This document shows positions 10,830 through 20,127 of a stretch of DNA of 64,000 nucleotides, one piece after another. The notes under the pieces are model-generated. The model had not been told where the DNA came from. It was given only the letters and a program-made list of their open reading frames with translations, and ran no database searches. This DNA comes from Myxococcota bacterium. GTDB lineage: Bacteria > Myxococcota_A > SURF-8. Positions within the stretch are counted from its first letter, which is position 1, and each line of letters starts with the position of its first letter. The stretch is from positions 704,001-768,000 of the forward strand of contig CAXXQS010000002.1 in the NCBI GenBank assembly GCA_963674735.2. Direction: 5' to 3'. The translations under genes were made by a program, and so were the position numbers.

Positions 10830-11753
10830 ATGAACATCGGTATTATCGGCAGCGGAAATGTGGGTATCACCACGGCCTTCGCCATCGCCGAAAAAGGGAG
10901 TGGCCACGTCCTGTTGTACGACAAGGTGGAAGGTCGTGCGAAAGGCAAAGCTCTGGATCTCGCGGAGGCCGCTCCTCTGCGGCGCTACGGCACGCGCATC
11001 GAGGGTACCGACAACTTCGACGACTTGATGTTGAGCGACATCCTGGTCATTGCGGCGGGCAGTCCACGCCAGGCGAACATGAGCCGGGTCGACTTGCTCG
11101 ATGAAAACCTGCCCCTGATCCACGAACTGGCCGACGCCATCAAAAGCGGCTACCGCAAGCCCGATCCCCCCATTGTGATTCTGCTGACCGAACCGGTAGA
11201 TCTGATGACACTCGCCTTCATTCGTCGTTCGGGTTATCCGCGCGAGCGCGTTTTGGGTGTAGGCGGGTTGCTGTCGTCGGCGCGCATGCGCTACTTCATC
11301 GCGAAAAAACTCAACATTTCACCGGAAGATATCGACGCCATGGTGGTCGGCACCCATGGAGACAAAATGGCCGTCCTGGAACGCTACACCCGCATCTCCG
11401 GCCTGCCGCTGAGTTTCTTTCTCGACCGCGAGCAGATCGATTCGGTGGTCAAACAAACCATCGACGCCGGGCATCAGATCGTGGAGCAGGCCAAAATCGG
11501 TTCCAGCTTCTACACCCCCGGGGCCGCCGTGGGCGCCATGGTGGACGCCATTTCGCGCGATCTCAACCGCGTAATGGGTGTCTCCGTCAAGCTCACCGGC
11601 GAATTCGGCATCGAAAATCAGTGTTTGAGCGTCCCGACCATGCTCGGTCGCAACGGCGTCAAACGCATTTTCGAGTTGAAGCTGAATGAGCAGGAGCGAG
11701 CGGCGCTGCATGCGTCGGCGAAATTCCAGGAACCCTACCTATCGAGAGTGTAA
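10830..11753 (+). CDS. Malate/lactate dehydrogenase-family paralogue with divergent active site
   Basis: GSGNVG, KGKALDL, AGSPR..MSR.DL, GTHGD are present, but TEPVD replaces (S/T)NP.D and LSSAR replaces LDSAR. Confidence 0.85.
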   Translation: MNIGIIGSGNVGITTAFAIAEKGSGHVLLYDKVEGRAKGKALDLAEAAPLRRYGTRIEGTDNFDDLMLSDILVIAAGSPRQANMSRVDLLDENLPLIHELADAIKSGYRKPDPPIVILLTEPVDLMTLAFIRRSGYPRERVLGVGGLLSSARMRYFIAKKLNISPEDIDAMVVGTHGDKMAVLERYTRISGLPLSFFLDREQIDSVVKQTIDAGHQIVEQAKIGSSFYTPGAAVGAMVDAISRDLNRVMGVSVKLTGEFGIENQCLSVPTMLGRNGVKRIFELKLNEQERAALHASAKFQEPYLSRV

Positions 11754-11765
11754 GCGAGGCTGAGT

Positions 11766-12698
11766 ATGAAACCGAAAGTTACCATTGTCGGAAGCGGAAA
11801 TGTGGGCGCAACCGCCACGTACTACCTGGCCGAACGCAATATCGCCGAGGTGGTGATGGTGGACGTCAAAGAAGGCGTGCCGCAGGCCAAGGCGCTCGAC
11901 GCCAATCACACCGCACCGCTTAGAGATTACGATGTCACCGTCACCGGTTCGAACGACTTCTCCGCCATGAAAGATTCCAAGGTGGTGGTGGTCACGGCCG
12001 GTCTACCGCGCAAGCCCGGCATGACACGCGAGGATTTGCTGAACACCAACGCGCGGATCATGAAGTCGGTCTCGCAGAATATCGCCGAATACGCCCCCAA
12101 TTCCACTGTCATCGTGGTGTCCAACCCCCTGGATATCATGACCTATGTCGCTTGGAAAGTAACCGGCTTCGGCACCAAAAAAGTGATGGGCATGGCAGGC
12201 GTTCTCGACTCGACGCGCTTCCGCACCTTCATTGCGCAAGAACTGCGGGTGGAACCGAAGGAAGTACAGGCGTTGGTTTTGGGCGGCCATGGCGACGAAA
12301 TGGTTCCGCTGCCCGAATATTCGGTCGTGGACGGCATTCCGATCACCGAACTGATCGAACCGGCTCGGCTGGAACAAATCATCGATCGCACGCGCAAGGG
12401 CGGCGGCGAAATCGTGGGCTACCTGAAAACCGGTAGCGCCTTCTATGCCCCGGCGGCCAGCACCATCGAAATGGTGGAAGCCATCATACGTAACAAGCGC
12501 CGCATTCTGCCCGTGGCCGCCTATTGCAAGGGCGAGTACGGCATCCAAAATGCCTTCATGGGCGTCCCGGCGTTGATCGGTAAAAACGGCATCGAAAAAA
12601 TCTACGAGATTCCGATCGCCGATCGCTGGAAGGAACAGATGCAGAAGTCGGTTAAATTGATTCAGACCACCATCGACAAACTGGATATCGAACTATAG
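11766..12698 (+). CDS. mdh: Malate dehydrogenase (LDH-like type)
   Basis: GSGNVG, TAGLPRKPGMTREDL, VSNPLD, GMAGVLDSTRFR, LGGHGD, GSAFYAPA. Confidence 0.95.
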   Translation: MKPKVTIVGSGNVGATATYYLAERNIAEVVMVDVKEGVPQAKALDANHTAPLRDYDVTVTGSNDFSAMKDSKVVVVTAGLPRKPGMTREDLLNTNARIMKSVSQNIAEYAPNSTVIVVSNPLDIMTYVAWKVTGFGTKKVMGMAGVLDSTRFRTFIAQELRVEPKEVQALVLGGHGDEMVPLPEYSVVDGIPITELIEPARLEQIIDRTRKGGGEIVGYLKTGSAFYAPAASTIEMVEAIIRNKRRILPVAAYCKGEYGIQNAFMGVPALIGKNGIEKIYEIPIADRWKEQMQKSVKLIQTTIDKLDIEL

Positions 12699-12839
12699 AT
12701 AAACAAGGGTAAATGCTCGCAGAAGAACAATCGGTTCCCGGGACAAGCCAAGTCTGACCGGGGCCGCTCGTTCAACTTCGCGGACCGGTTCGCGGCCGGA
12801 GGCGAAACATGGGGCAGGGCGTGAATGGAGGTAACCGCG

Positions 12840-15605
12840 ATGGCATCCGATGAACTTGTCACCATTCCCCGCGGCGGTGCGGCGACACACTGGAACGCCG
12901 ACCTCATCGAAGATCTGCATGCGCGTTGGAAGGAAAATCCGGCGGCGGTGTCGGAATCCTGGCAGATGTTTTTCGAAGGATTCGAACTGGCCATGTGTCC
13001 GCGCAAATGCGTGGCCGCCGACCAGGCCCGCGCCCAATCGGAAGTCAACCGCATGATCTTCGCCTACCGCTCCCTGGGCCACATGGAAGCGCGCATCGAC
13101 CCGCTGGGGCATGTCCCGCCTTCTCATCCCGATCTGGATCCGAAAGGCTTCGGTTTCAGCGATGAAGATGCAACGCGAGTGTTCGACACGGGTTCCCTCG
13201 TCGGACCGGCGCGGGCTCCACTCAAAGACATCTTGGCCCACCTGCGCGACACCTACACCCGCAGTATCGGGGTCGAGTATATGCATATACAGGAGCCGAC
13301 GGTGCGCCGTTGGTTGCAGGAACGCATGGAGCCCATACGCAACCGCCCGCCATTTCCGAAAGAAAAGCGCCTGGAGACGCTCCGCCTGCTGATCGATGCA
13401 GAGGTATTCGAAACGTTTTTACATACGTACTACCCCGGACAAAAACGTTTTTCGTTGGAGGGAGCCGAAGCGCTCATTCCCTCCATGCACGCCATCGTCG
13501 AATGGGCGCCCGAGCTGGGCGTGCAGGAAATCGTTCTCGGCATGAGCCACCGGGGTCGTCTGAACGCCCTGGCGAATATCCTCGACAAATCTTACGGCAT
13601 GATCTTTTCGGAATTCGAAGACAGCCCGGTCGACCAGGTTTGGGGAAGCGGCGACGTCAAGTACCATCGCGGCTACGCCTCGGACCACGTCAACGCCCTG
13701 GGACAGACCGTGCACCTGAGCCTGACGTCCAACCCCAGCCACCTCGAAGCGGTGGATCCGGTCGTGGAAGGCCGCGCACGCGCCAAGCAGCGCCAACACG
13801 ACGACATGGAGGAACGCCGCAAGGTCGTACCCCTGATCGTCCACGGCGACGCCAGCTTCGCCGGACAAGGTATCGTAGCGGAAACACTCAACCTTTCGCA
13901 GCTTGACGGGTATCGTACCGGCGGCACCATCCACCTCATCGTCAACAACCAGATCGGTTTCACCGCCACACCGGAAGAAGCGCGTTCGTCCCATTACGCC
14001 ACCGATGTCGCCAAAATGATCGAAGCTCCGATTTTCCATGTCAACGCCGACGATCCCGAAGCCGTTGTGTATATCAGTGAACTGGCTTTGCGTTTTCGCC
14101 AGGAATTCCACCGCGATGTGGTCCTCGATCTGGTGTGCTACCGCCGCCACGGTCACAACGAAGGCGACGATCCCGCGTTCACCAACCCGACGATGGTCAA
14201 AGCCATCAAGGCGCGCCCCAGTATTCGCCGTCTTTACATGCAGCAACTTCTGCGCGACGGACTGATTACACCCGACGACGAAAGCCGCCTCACCAGCGAG
14301 ATCAAGGCCCGGCTTAAAGCCGAACTGGACCGCGTCAAGTCGGGTGAAACCGACAAAGAACCGCATGCCTTCGAGGGTCTGTGGGCGGCCTACAATCGTC
14401 CCTACTCCATCGCCACGGTTAAAACCGGCGTTTCACTGGACGATTTGGAGAAAATGACACGTGGATTGGCCACGGTCCCGCCCGGCTTCAAAATCAATCC
14501 CAAAGTAGCTCGCCGCTTGGAGGCAATGCAGACGGCGGTCCTGGGCGGTGGCAACATCGACTGGAGCTTCGCGGAATCGCTGGCTTTCGGTTCACTGCTG
14601 GTCGAGGGCACGCCCATTCGCCTAAGTGGCCAGGATTCGGCACGCGGCACCTTCAGCCAACGACATTCCGTGTGGATGGATGCCGATAGCGGACAAGCCT
14701 ACAAACCCCTCAACCATCTATCTCCCGGCCAGTCCAAATTCTGCGTCTACAACAGCCTGCTTTCCGAAGCGGCCGTGCTGGGCTTCGATTACGGGTATTC
14801 GCTGGCCGAACCGCGCATGCTGATTCTGTGGGAAGCGCAATTCGGTGATTTCGCCAATGGTGCACAAGTCATCATCGATCAGTTCATCGTCGGCTCGGAG
14901 TCGAAATGGCAACGCACCAGCGGCCTGGTGATGCTGTTGCCTCACGGTTTCGAAGGTCAGGGCCCCGAGCATTCCAATGCCTATTTGGAACGCTACCTTC
15001 AAGCCTGCGCCGAAAACAACATCCAGGTCACCTATCCAAGCACCCCGGCTCAATACTTTCATCTGCTGCGCCGCCAGATCAAACAGCCCTTCCGGCGTCC
15101 ACTGATCGTGATGACCCCCAAAAGCCTGCTGCGCCATAAATCGGCGGTTTCGCCCATCGGCGAGCTGGCGACCGGACATTTTCACGAGATTTTGGACGAT
15201 CCCGCCGCACCGGAAAAACCGGAACGGCTTATTTTCTGCAGCGGCAAGGTCTACTACGACCTGATACAAGAACGCGAAAAGATGGACAAACCTTCCAGCG
15301 CGATTGTACGCGTCGAGCAATTCTATCCTTTCGCCGACCACCTGATGCCCGATTTCGCCGAACGCTATGCCTCGGCACGTGAGGTGCTGTGGGTGCAGGA
15401 AGAACCGCAAAACCGGGGAGGTTGGACCTTCATCAAACCGCGCATCGAAGAACATTTCAAAAAAATACCCGTAAGATATGTCGGACGTCCTGCCAGCGCC
15501 AGTCCAGCCGTGGGATCGCACAGCACGCACCGCGAAACACAGGCAGACATCGTCCGGGAAGCCTTGACACGTATCGCGCCCTCAGCGGCGCAAACCCGTT
15601 CCTGA
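12840..15605 (+). CDS. sucA: 2-oxoglutarate dehydrogenase E1
   Basis: KRFSLEG, GDVKYH, NPSHLEAVDPVVEG, HGDASFAGQG, RLSGQD, WEAQFGDFANGAQ, GQGPEHS; GGAGGT RBS. Confidence 0.97.
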   Translation: MASDELVTIPRGGAATHWNADLIEDLHARWKENPAAVSESWQMFFEGFELAMCPRKCVAADQARAQSEVNRMIFAYRSLGHMEARIDPLGHVPPSHPDLDPKGFGFSDEDATRVFDTGSLVGPARAPLKDILAHLRDTYTRSIGVEYMHIQEPTVRRWLQERMEPIRNRPPFPKEKRLETLRLLIDAEVFETFLHTYYPGQKRFSLEGAEALIPSMHAIVEWAPELGVQEIVLGMSHRGRLNALANILDKSYGMIFSEFEDSPVDQVWGSGDVKYHRGYASDHVNALGQTVHLSLTSNPSHLEAVDPVVEGRARAKQRQHDDMEERRKVVPLIVHGDASFAGQGIVAETLNLSQLDGYRTGGTIHLIVNNQIGFTATPEEARSSHYATDVAKMIEAPIFHVNADDPEAVVYISELALRFRQEFHRDVVLDLVCYRRHGHNEGDDPAFTNPTMVKAIKARPSIRRLYMQQLLRDGLITPDDESRLTSEIKARLKAELDRVKSGETDKEPHAFEGLWAAYNRPYSIATVKTGVSLDDLEKMTRGLATVPPGFKINPKVARRLEAMQTAVLGGGNIDWSFAESLAFGSLLVEGTPIRLSGQDSARGTFSQRHSVWMDADSGQAYKPLNHLSPGQSKFCVYNSLLSEAAVLGFDYGYSLAEPRMLILWEAQFGDFANGAQVIIDQFIVGSESKWQRTSGLVMLLPHGFEGQGPEHSNAYLERYLQACAENNIQVTYPSTPAQYFHLLRRQIKQPFRRPLIVMTPKSLLRHKSAVSPIGELATGHFHEILDDPAAPEKPERLIFCSGKVYYDLIQEREKMDKPSSAIVRVEQFYPFADHLMPDFAERYASAREVLWVQEEPQNRGGWTFIKPRIEEHFKKIPVRYVGRPASASPAVGSHSTHRETQADIVREALTRIAPSAAQTRS

Positions 15606-15618
15606 AGGAGTTTCGGCC

Positions 15619-16929
15619 ATGTTGATCGAGGTCAAAGTACCGGAGGTAGGGGAATCCATCACGGAAGGCACCCTGGTGGAGTGGTTACAGGCGGATGGCG
15701 CGGTCATTGTGGCCGACGATCCGCTTTTCGAGCTTGAAACCGATAAAATCACCATGGAAGTGGTTGCCCAGGAATCGGGACGCCTGAAAATCCTGGTGGA
15801 AGCCGGGGCCTTGGTGCAAATCGATCAGGTGGTCGCCCAGATCGACACCGATGCGGCGACAACCGACTCGCACCCGGCAGTGGCGACACCCGACAAGCCA
15901 CCGACGGAATCCAAAGAACAGCCGCCCCCGGAACCGGCGTCCGAGCCCGCGCCGCCCCTCGCTCCGGCAGCGGGATTCGACCAGGCGCAGGCCAAACTGG
16001 CCGACAGCGCTTCCGCGCCTTTGTCCCCGGCCGTGCGACGGCTGGTCAACGAGCAAAAGCTCGACCCCGGCAGCATCCCCGCCACGGGTCGCGACGGACG
16101 ATTGACCAAAGGCGATGTTCTGACCCACATGAAGACGGACAGCCCCGCCAAGCCTGTGCAGGCACCGACCAAAGCGCAAGCGACCGCTCCGGTCGTCGAA
16201 CCCGTGCAGCCGCCTCCGGCCTCAGACGGTCCGCGTCAAACGCGCCAGCCTCTTTCGCGCCTACGGCAACGCATCGCCGAACGACTGGTGGAAGCGCAGC
16301 AGAACGCCGCCATCCTCACCACCTTCAATGAAGTCGACATGAGTCACGTGATCGAAATGCGCAGTCGCCTGAAAGAAGGCTTTGAGAAAAAACACGGCGT
16401 GCGCCTGGGGTTTATGTCGTTTTTCGTTAAAGCGGCCGTGGACGCACTCAAAACCGTTCCGTCCCTCAACGCCCAGATCGATGGCGATACCCTCATCCAA
16501 AATCACTTCTACGACATCGGCGTGGCAGTGGGCACCGAACGGGGCCTAGTGGTACCGGTTCTGCGCGATTGCGACACCCAAAGCTTCGCCGACATCGAAA
16601 AGGGCATCGGCGAATATGCTGCGAAAGTCAAAAACAAAACCATCAATCTGCAAGACCTGTCGGGGGGCGTTTTCACCATCAGCAACGGCGGCGTCTACGG
16701 TTCCCTGATGTCGACACCGATTCTGAATCCGCCCCAAAGCGGCATTCTCGGCATGCACGCCACGAAAAAGCGGGCGGTGGTGGTGGACGACCAAATCGTA
16801 ATCCGCCCCATGATGTATCTTGCATTATCTTACGATCATCGTATTGTAGACGGAAAAGATGCCGTCACGTTCCTGAAGCGGATCGTCGAATGCATCGAAA
16901 ACCCGGAACGCATGCTTTTGGAGGCGTAG
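15619..16929 (+). CDS. sucB: Dihydrolipoamide succinyltransferase E2
   Basis: Lipoyl domain ETDK, E3-binding SPAVRRL..GRDGRLTKGDV, catalytic YDHRIVDG. Confidence 0.96.
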   Translation: MLIEVKVPEVGESITEGTLVEWLQADGAVIVADDPLFELETDKITMEVVAQESGRLKILVEAGALVQIDQVVAQIDTDAATTDSHPAVATPDKPPTESKEQPPPEPASEPAPPLAPAAGFDQAQAKLADSASAPLSPAVRRLVNEQKLDPGSIPATGRDGRLTKGDVLTHMKTDSPAKPVQAPTKAQATAPVVEPVQPPPASDGPRQTRQPLSRLRQRIAERLVEAQQNAAILTTFNEVDMSHVIEMRSRLKEGFEKKHGVRLGFMSFFVKAAVDALKTVPSLNAQIDGDTLIQNHFYDIGVAVGTERGLVVPVLRDCDTQSFADIEKGIGEYAAKVKNKTINLQDLSGGVFTISNGGVYGSLMSTPILNPPQSGILGMHATKKRAVVVDDQIVIRPMMYLALSYDHRIVDGKDAVTFLKRIVECIENPERMLLEA

Positions 16930-16932
16930 AGT

Positions 16933-18330
16933 ATGGAGCGGTTTGATCTGGTCATCATCGGAGCGGGGCCCGGCGGCTATGTGGCCGCCATTCGGGCCGG
17001 ACAGTTGGGATTGAAAACGGCGCTGGTGGAAAAAGAATCCAAACTCGGGGGCACCTGCCTGCGGGTGGGCTGCATTCCGTCGAAAGCACTGCTTGAATCG
17101 AGCGAACTCTATCACCAGGCGACGCACCGCCTCAGTGAACACGGGATCCAAGCCGACGGCCTGCGTTTCGATCTGCCCACGATGCTGGAACGCAAAACGC
17201 GTATCGTGGATGAACTGACCGCCGGGATCAAAGTTCTGATGAAGAAAAACAAGGCTATCGTGTTTGCCGGTACCGGTCGTTTGGCGGGAGACGGAAAAGT
17301 CGTCGTCAGCCAAGAAGGCGAGGAAACGACTTTACAGGCAGACGCCGTTTTGTTGGCCACGGGAAGCGTCCCGGTGGAATTGCCGAACCTGCCCTTCGAC
17401 GGTCAACACATCGTGTCATCCACGGAAGCACTGGCCTTCGAAACGGTTCCCAAACACCTGGTCGTCATCGGCGGCGGAGCCATCGGACTCGAATTGGGGA
17501 GCGTGTGGGGACGCCTCGGCGCCAAGGTGACGGTGATCGAAATGATGCCGCGGATCGCTCCTTTCGCCGACAGCCAGGCCTCGCAGATCCTGGCACGTAC
17601 GCTCAAACAACAGGGACTCGACATTCGTGTCAATACCAAGCTGCTGGGCGCGAAAGTGACGACCGATGGGGTGCAAGTCAGCGTTGAAGACGTCAAGGGT
17701 AAAACGGAAGAACTCACCGCCGACAAGCTGTTGGTGGCGGTGGGCCGCCGTCCGTTCAGCACCGGACTAGGCCTCGATGAGGTCGGCGTACACCGCGATG
17801 AAAAAGGCCGGGTGGAGGTGAACGAGCGCTTCCAGACGAGCGTCCCGGGCGTATATGCCATCGGCGACCTGGTGCGCGGCCCGATGCTGGCCCACAAAGC
17901 CGAAGAAGAAGGCGTTGCGGTAGCCGAAGTCCTGGCCGGAAAACCGGGTCATGTCAACTACGAAGCCATTCCCAATGTCATCTACACCGATCCCGAATTG
18001 GCCCAGGTGGGGCTGACCGAAGATGAAGCCAAGGCAGCCGGACACACGGTCAAAGCGGGCAAGTTTTTCTTCAAATCGAATGGTCGTGCTAAAACGATGG
18101 ATGCCACCGACGGCTTCGCCAAGGTGGTCGCCGACGCCGAAACCGACAAGGTTCTGGGTGTTCACATTGTCGGCCCGCACGCATCCGAACTGATCGCCGA
18201 AGCGGTGTTGGGGGCCGAATTCCAGGCCAGCGCCGAAGATATCGGTCGCACCACCCACGCCCATCCCACATTGTCGGAGGTGCTGAAAGAAGCCGCCCTG
18301 GCGGTGGACAAACGCGCCATTCACGGCTGA
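16933..18330 (+). CDS. lpdA: Dihydrolipoamide dehydrogenase E3
   Basis: GAGPGGYVAAI, GGTCLRVGCIPSK, HAHPTLSE. Confidence 0.96.
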   Translation: MERFDLVIIGAGPGGYVAAIRAGQLGLKTALVEKESKLGGTCLRVGCIPSKALLESSELYHQATHRLSEHGIQADGLRFDLPTMLERKTRIVDELTAGIKVLMKKNKAIVFAGTGRLAGDGKVVVSQEGEETTLQADAVLLATGSVPVELPNLPFDGQHIVSSTEALAFETVPKHLVVIGGGAIGLELGSVWGRLGAKVTVIEMMPRIAPFADSQASQILARTLKQQGLDIRVNTKLLGAKVTTDGVQVSVEDVKGKTEELTADKLLVAVGRRPFSTGLGLDEVGVHRDEKGRVEVNERFQTSVPGVYAIGDLVRGPMLAHKAEEEGVAVAEVLAGKPGHVNYEAIPNVIYTDPELAQVGLTEDEAKAAGHTVKAGKFFFKSNGRAKTMDATDGFAKVVADAETDKVLGVHIVGPHASELIAEAVLGAEFQASAEDIGRTTHAHPTLSEVLKEAALAVDKRAIHG

Positions 18331-18351
18331 CATTTCAACAGTCCATAAACC

Positions 18352-18384
18352 AAGCGGACCGCCCCCTGGACGGTCCGCTTTTTT
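18352..18384 (+). terminator. Rho-independent terminator after lpdA
   Basis: AAGCGGACCG...CGGTCCGCTT perfect 10-bp stem followed by a T tract. Confidence 0.9.
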
Positions 18385-18422
18385 ATATGCCACGAATCCA
18401 GACAGTGATGATCTTCGAAAGT

Positions 18423-19184
18423 TTACAACTTCAGGTCCACGGTAATGGGGCAATGATCGGAGCCCAAAACCTCGGGTAGGATTCCCGCCGCCTTGACCTG
18501 CGGAATGAATTCGTTGTTCACACAGGCAACATCGATACGCCAGCCCACATTCCGCTCACGCGCCCGGGCGCGATAGGACCACCAGGTGTAGTGCTCCGGT
18601 TCCGAATTGAAAAGCCGGAAGGTATCGGCATAACCGGCCTCCAGAAAACGGGTCAGCGCCTGGCGTTCCTCGATGTAATATCCGGCGGAATTCTCGTTGG
18701 CCTTCGGACGAGCCAGATCGATCTCGGTATGGGCGATGTTGTAATCTCCGACCACCAGCACGTGCCGTCCCTCTTTGACAAGCTGCTCGCAAAAAGCCTG
18801 CATGGCGTCGCAGAACGCCACTTTATAGTCGATGCGTGCCCGTTCGGGTTGACTGTTCGGGTAATAAGCGTTGACCAACACGAAATCGCCCAGGTCGGCG
18901 ACTTGCACACGCCCTTCGACATCAAAGGCTTCGACTCCCAGTACGCCCACTGAAAGCGGCGGTGTTTTGGCAAAGATCGCCGTTCCCGAGTAGCCTTTGC
19001 GTTCGGCCGACTGCCAGTAGGTGGTATAGCCCTCCGGTTCAAGCAAAGCCGCACTCAGTTGCTCCGACTGCGCTTTGGTCTCTTGCACACACAAAAAATC
19101 CGGCTGTTGTTCGTACAGGAAATCCAGAAAGCCTTTCTTTTCGCAGGCGCGAATGCCATTTACGTTCCATGAAATGATACGCAT
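18423..19184 (-). CDS. xth: Exodeoxyribonuclease III / AP endonuclease
   Basis: MRIISWNVNGIRA, CVQETK, GYSG, GDYNIAH, YTWWSYR, GWRID, SDHCP. Confidence 0.95.
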   Translation of the reverse strand: MRIISWNVNGIRACEKKGFLDFLYEQQPDFLCVQETKAQSEQLSAALLEPEGYTTYWQSAERKGYSGTAIFAKTPPLSVGVLGVEAFDVEGRVQVADLGDFVLVNAYYPNSQPERARIDYKVAFCDAMQAFCEQLVKEGRHVLVVGDYNIAHTEIDLARPKANENSAGYYIEERQALTRFLEAGYADTFRLFNSEPEHYTWWSYRARARERNVGWRIDVACVNNEFIPQVKAAGILPEVLGSDHCPITVDLKL

Positions 19185-19371
19185 ACCCTGTTTGCTCCTT
19201 GCTATCAGTGCCATCCAGCAGTCAGCCGCCGACCGGCCGTCCATAGCATACCGATTTCAGCGGTGGCTGTCACGCCCATGCCCCATTTTACTGATTTTTC
19301 ATCCGTTTAAGATTGACAGCCCGGCCTGTGCTTGGCACACTTGCCGAAACACAAACGACCAGGAACAGTTG

Positions 19372-20073
19372 ATGACGCAAACGCCCACTCACCCGGCCTC
19401 GATTCCCTTGCGGCTGCAACTCCGCCTCGACATTCTCAATTCCAAAAGCGAAGACGAATCGGCGCTCTTGATGTCGGCGGACCGCCATAAACTGGTGTTT
19501 CGCGCTCACCGACCCTTTGCCCCCGACGAAACCATCACGATCATCGCCGAGCCAAGCATGCAGCATCAGTACCGTTTTGACACGCATATCGTGCACTCTC
19601 AGCGCATCCTGATCCCGGAGCAGCAGCTGGACTATTTTGAAATCCACGCCGAGGTGGGAACAAACGAGGATCAATACCTGGAGTTTCTAACCGGCTTACA
19701 CCAAACCTGCCAAGAACTGGGTGAAGATGTGCGGCTGTATGTCCGGCTGCCGGTAACTCTGGCTCACAACAATCGAGCCATCAACACTCACTGCGAAAAT
19801 ATCAGCGTGGGCGGCGCATTCATCGAATATGACGCACACACCGACCTGCCCAAACCGAAATCGGACATCGACCTGTCGATCGGCGGTGCCGAATCCACCA
19901 GTCCCTGCTTCAAGGGCAAAGGAAATGTGCTGTACACCATCACCCCACAAGATGCCGAACGCTTCGGCGTACAGCCCGGTTTGGGAATCCGCTTGCATTT
20001 CGACGAATCGACCCGGCAGCAGTGGACCGATTATGTCGAGACACTTCGCCGCGAAGCTTTGGCCACTTCCTAG
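19372..20073 (+). CDS. PilZ-domain protein (possibly tandem PilZ-like)
   Basis: RLYVR (RxxxR) followed by NISVGGAFI and PGLGIRL; upstream TTGACA-17-CACACT promoter-like element. Confidence 0.75.
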   Translation: MTQTPTHPASIPLRLQLRLDILNSKSEDESALLMSADRHKLVFRAHRPFAPDETITIIAEPSMQHQYRFDTHIVHSQRILIPEQQLDYFEIHAEVGTNEDQYLEFLTGLHQTCQELGEDVRLYVRLPVTLAHNNRAINTHCENISVGGAFIEYDAHTDLPKPKSDIDLSIGGAESTSPCFKGKGNVLYTITPQDAERFGVQPGLGIRLHFDESTRQQWTDYVETLRREALATS

Positions 20074-20127
20074 CGCCGTCCTTGCCGCCGCCTTCACATC
20101 GTGCTAAACCATGCACAGGAGGTGGAG

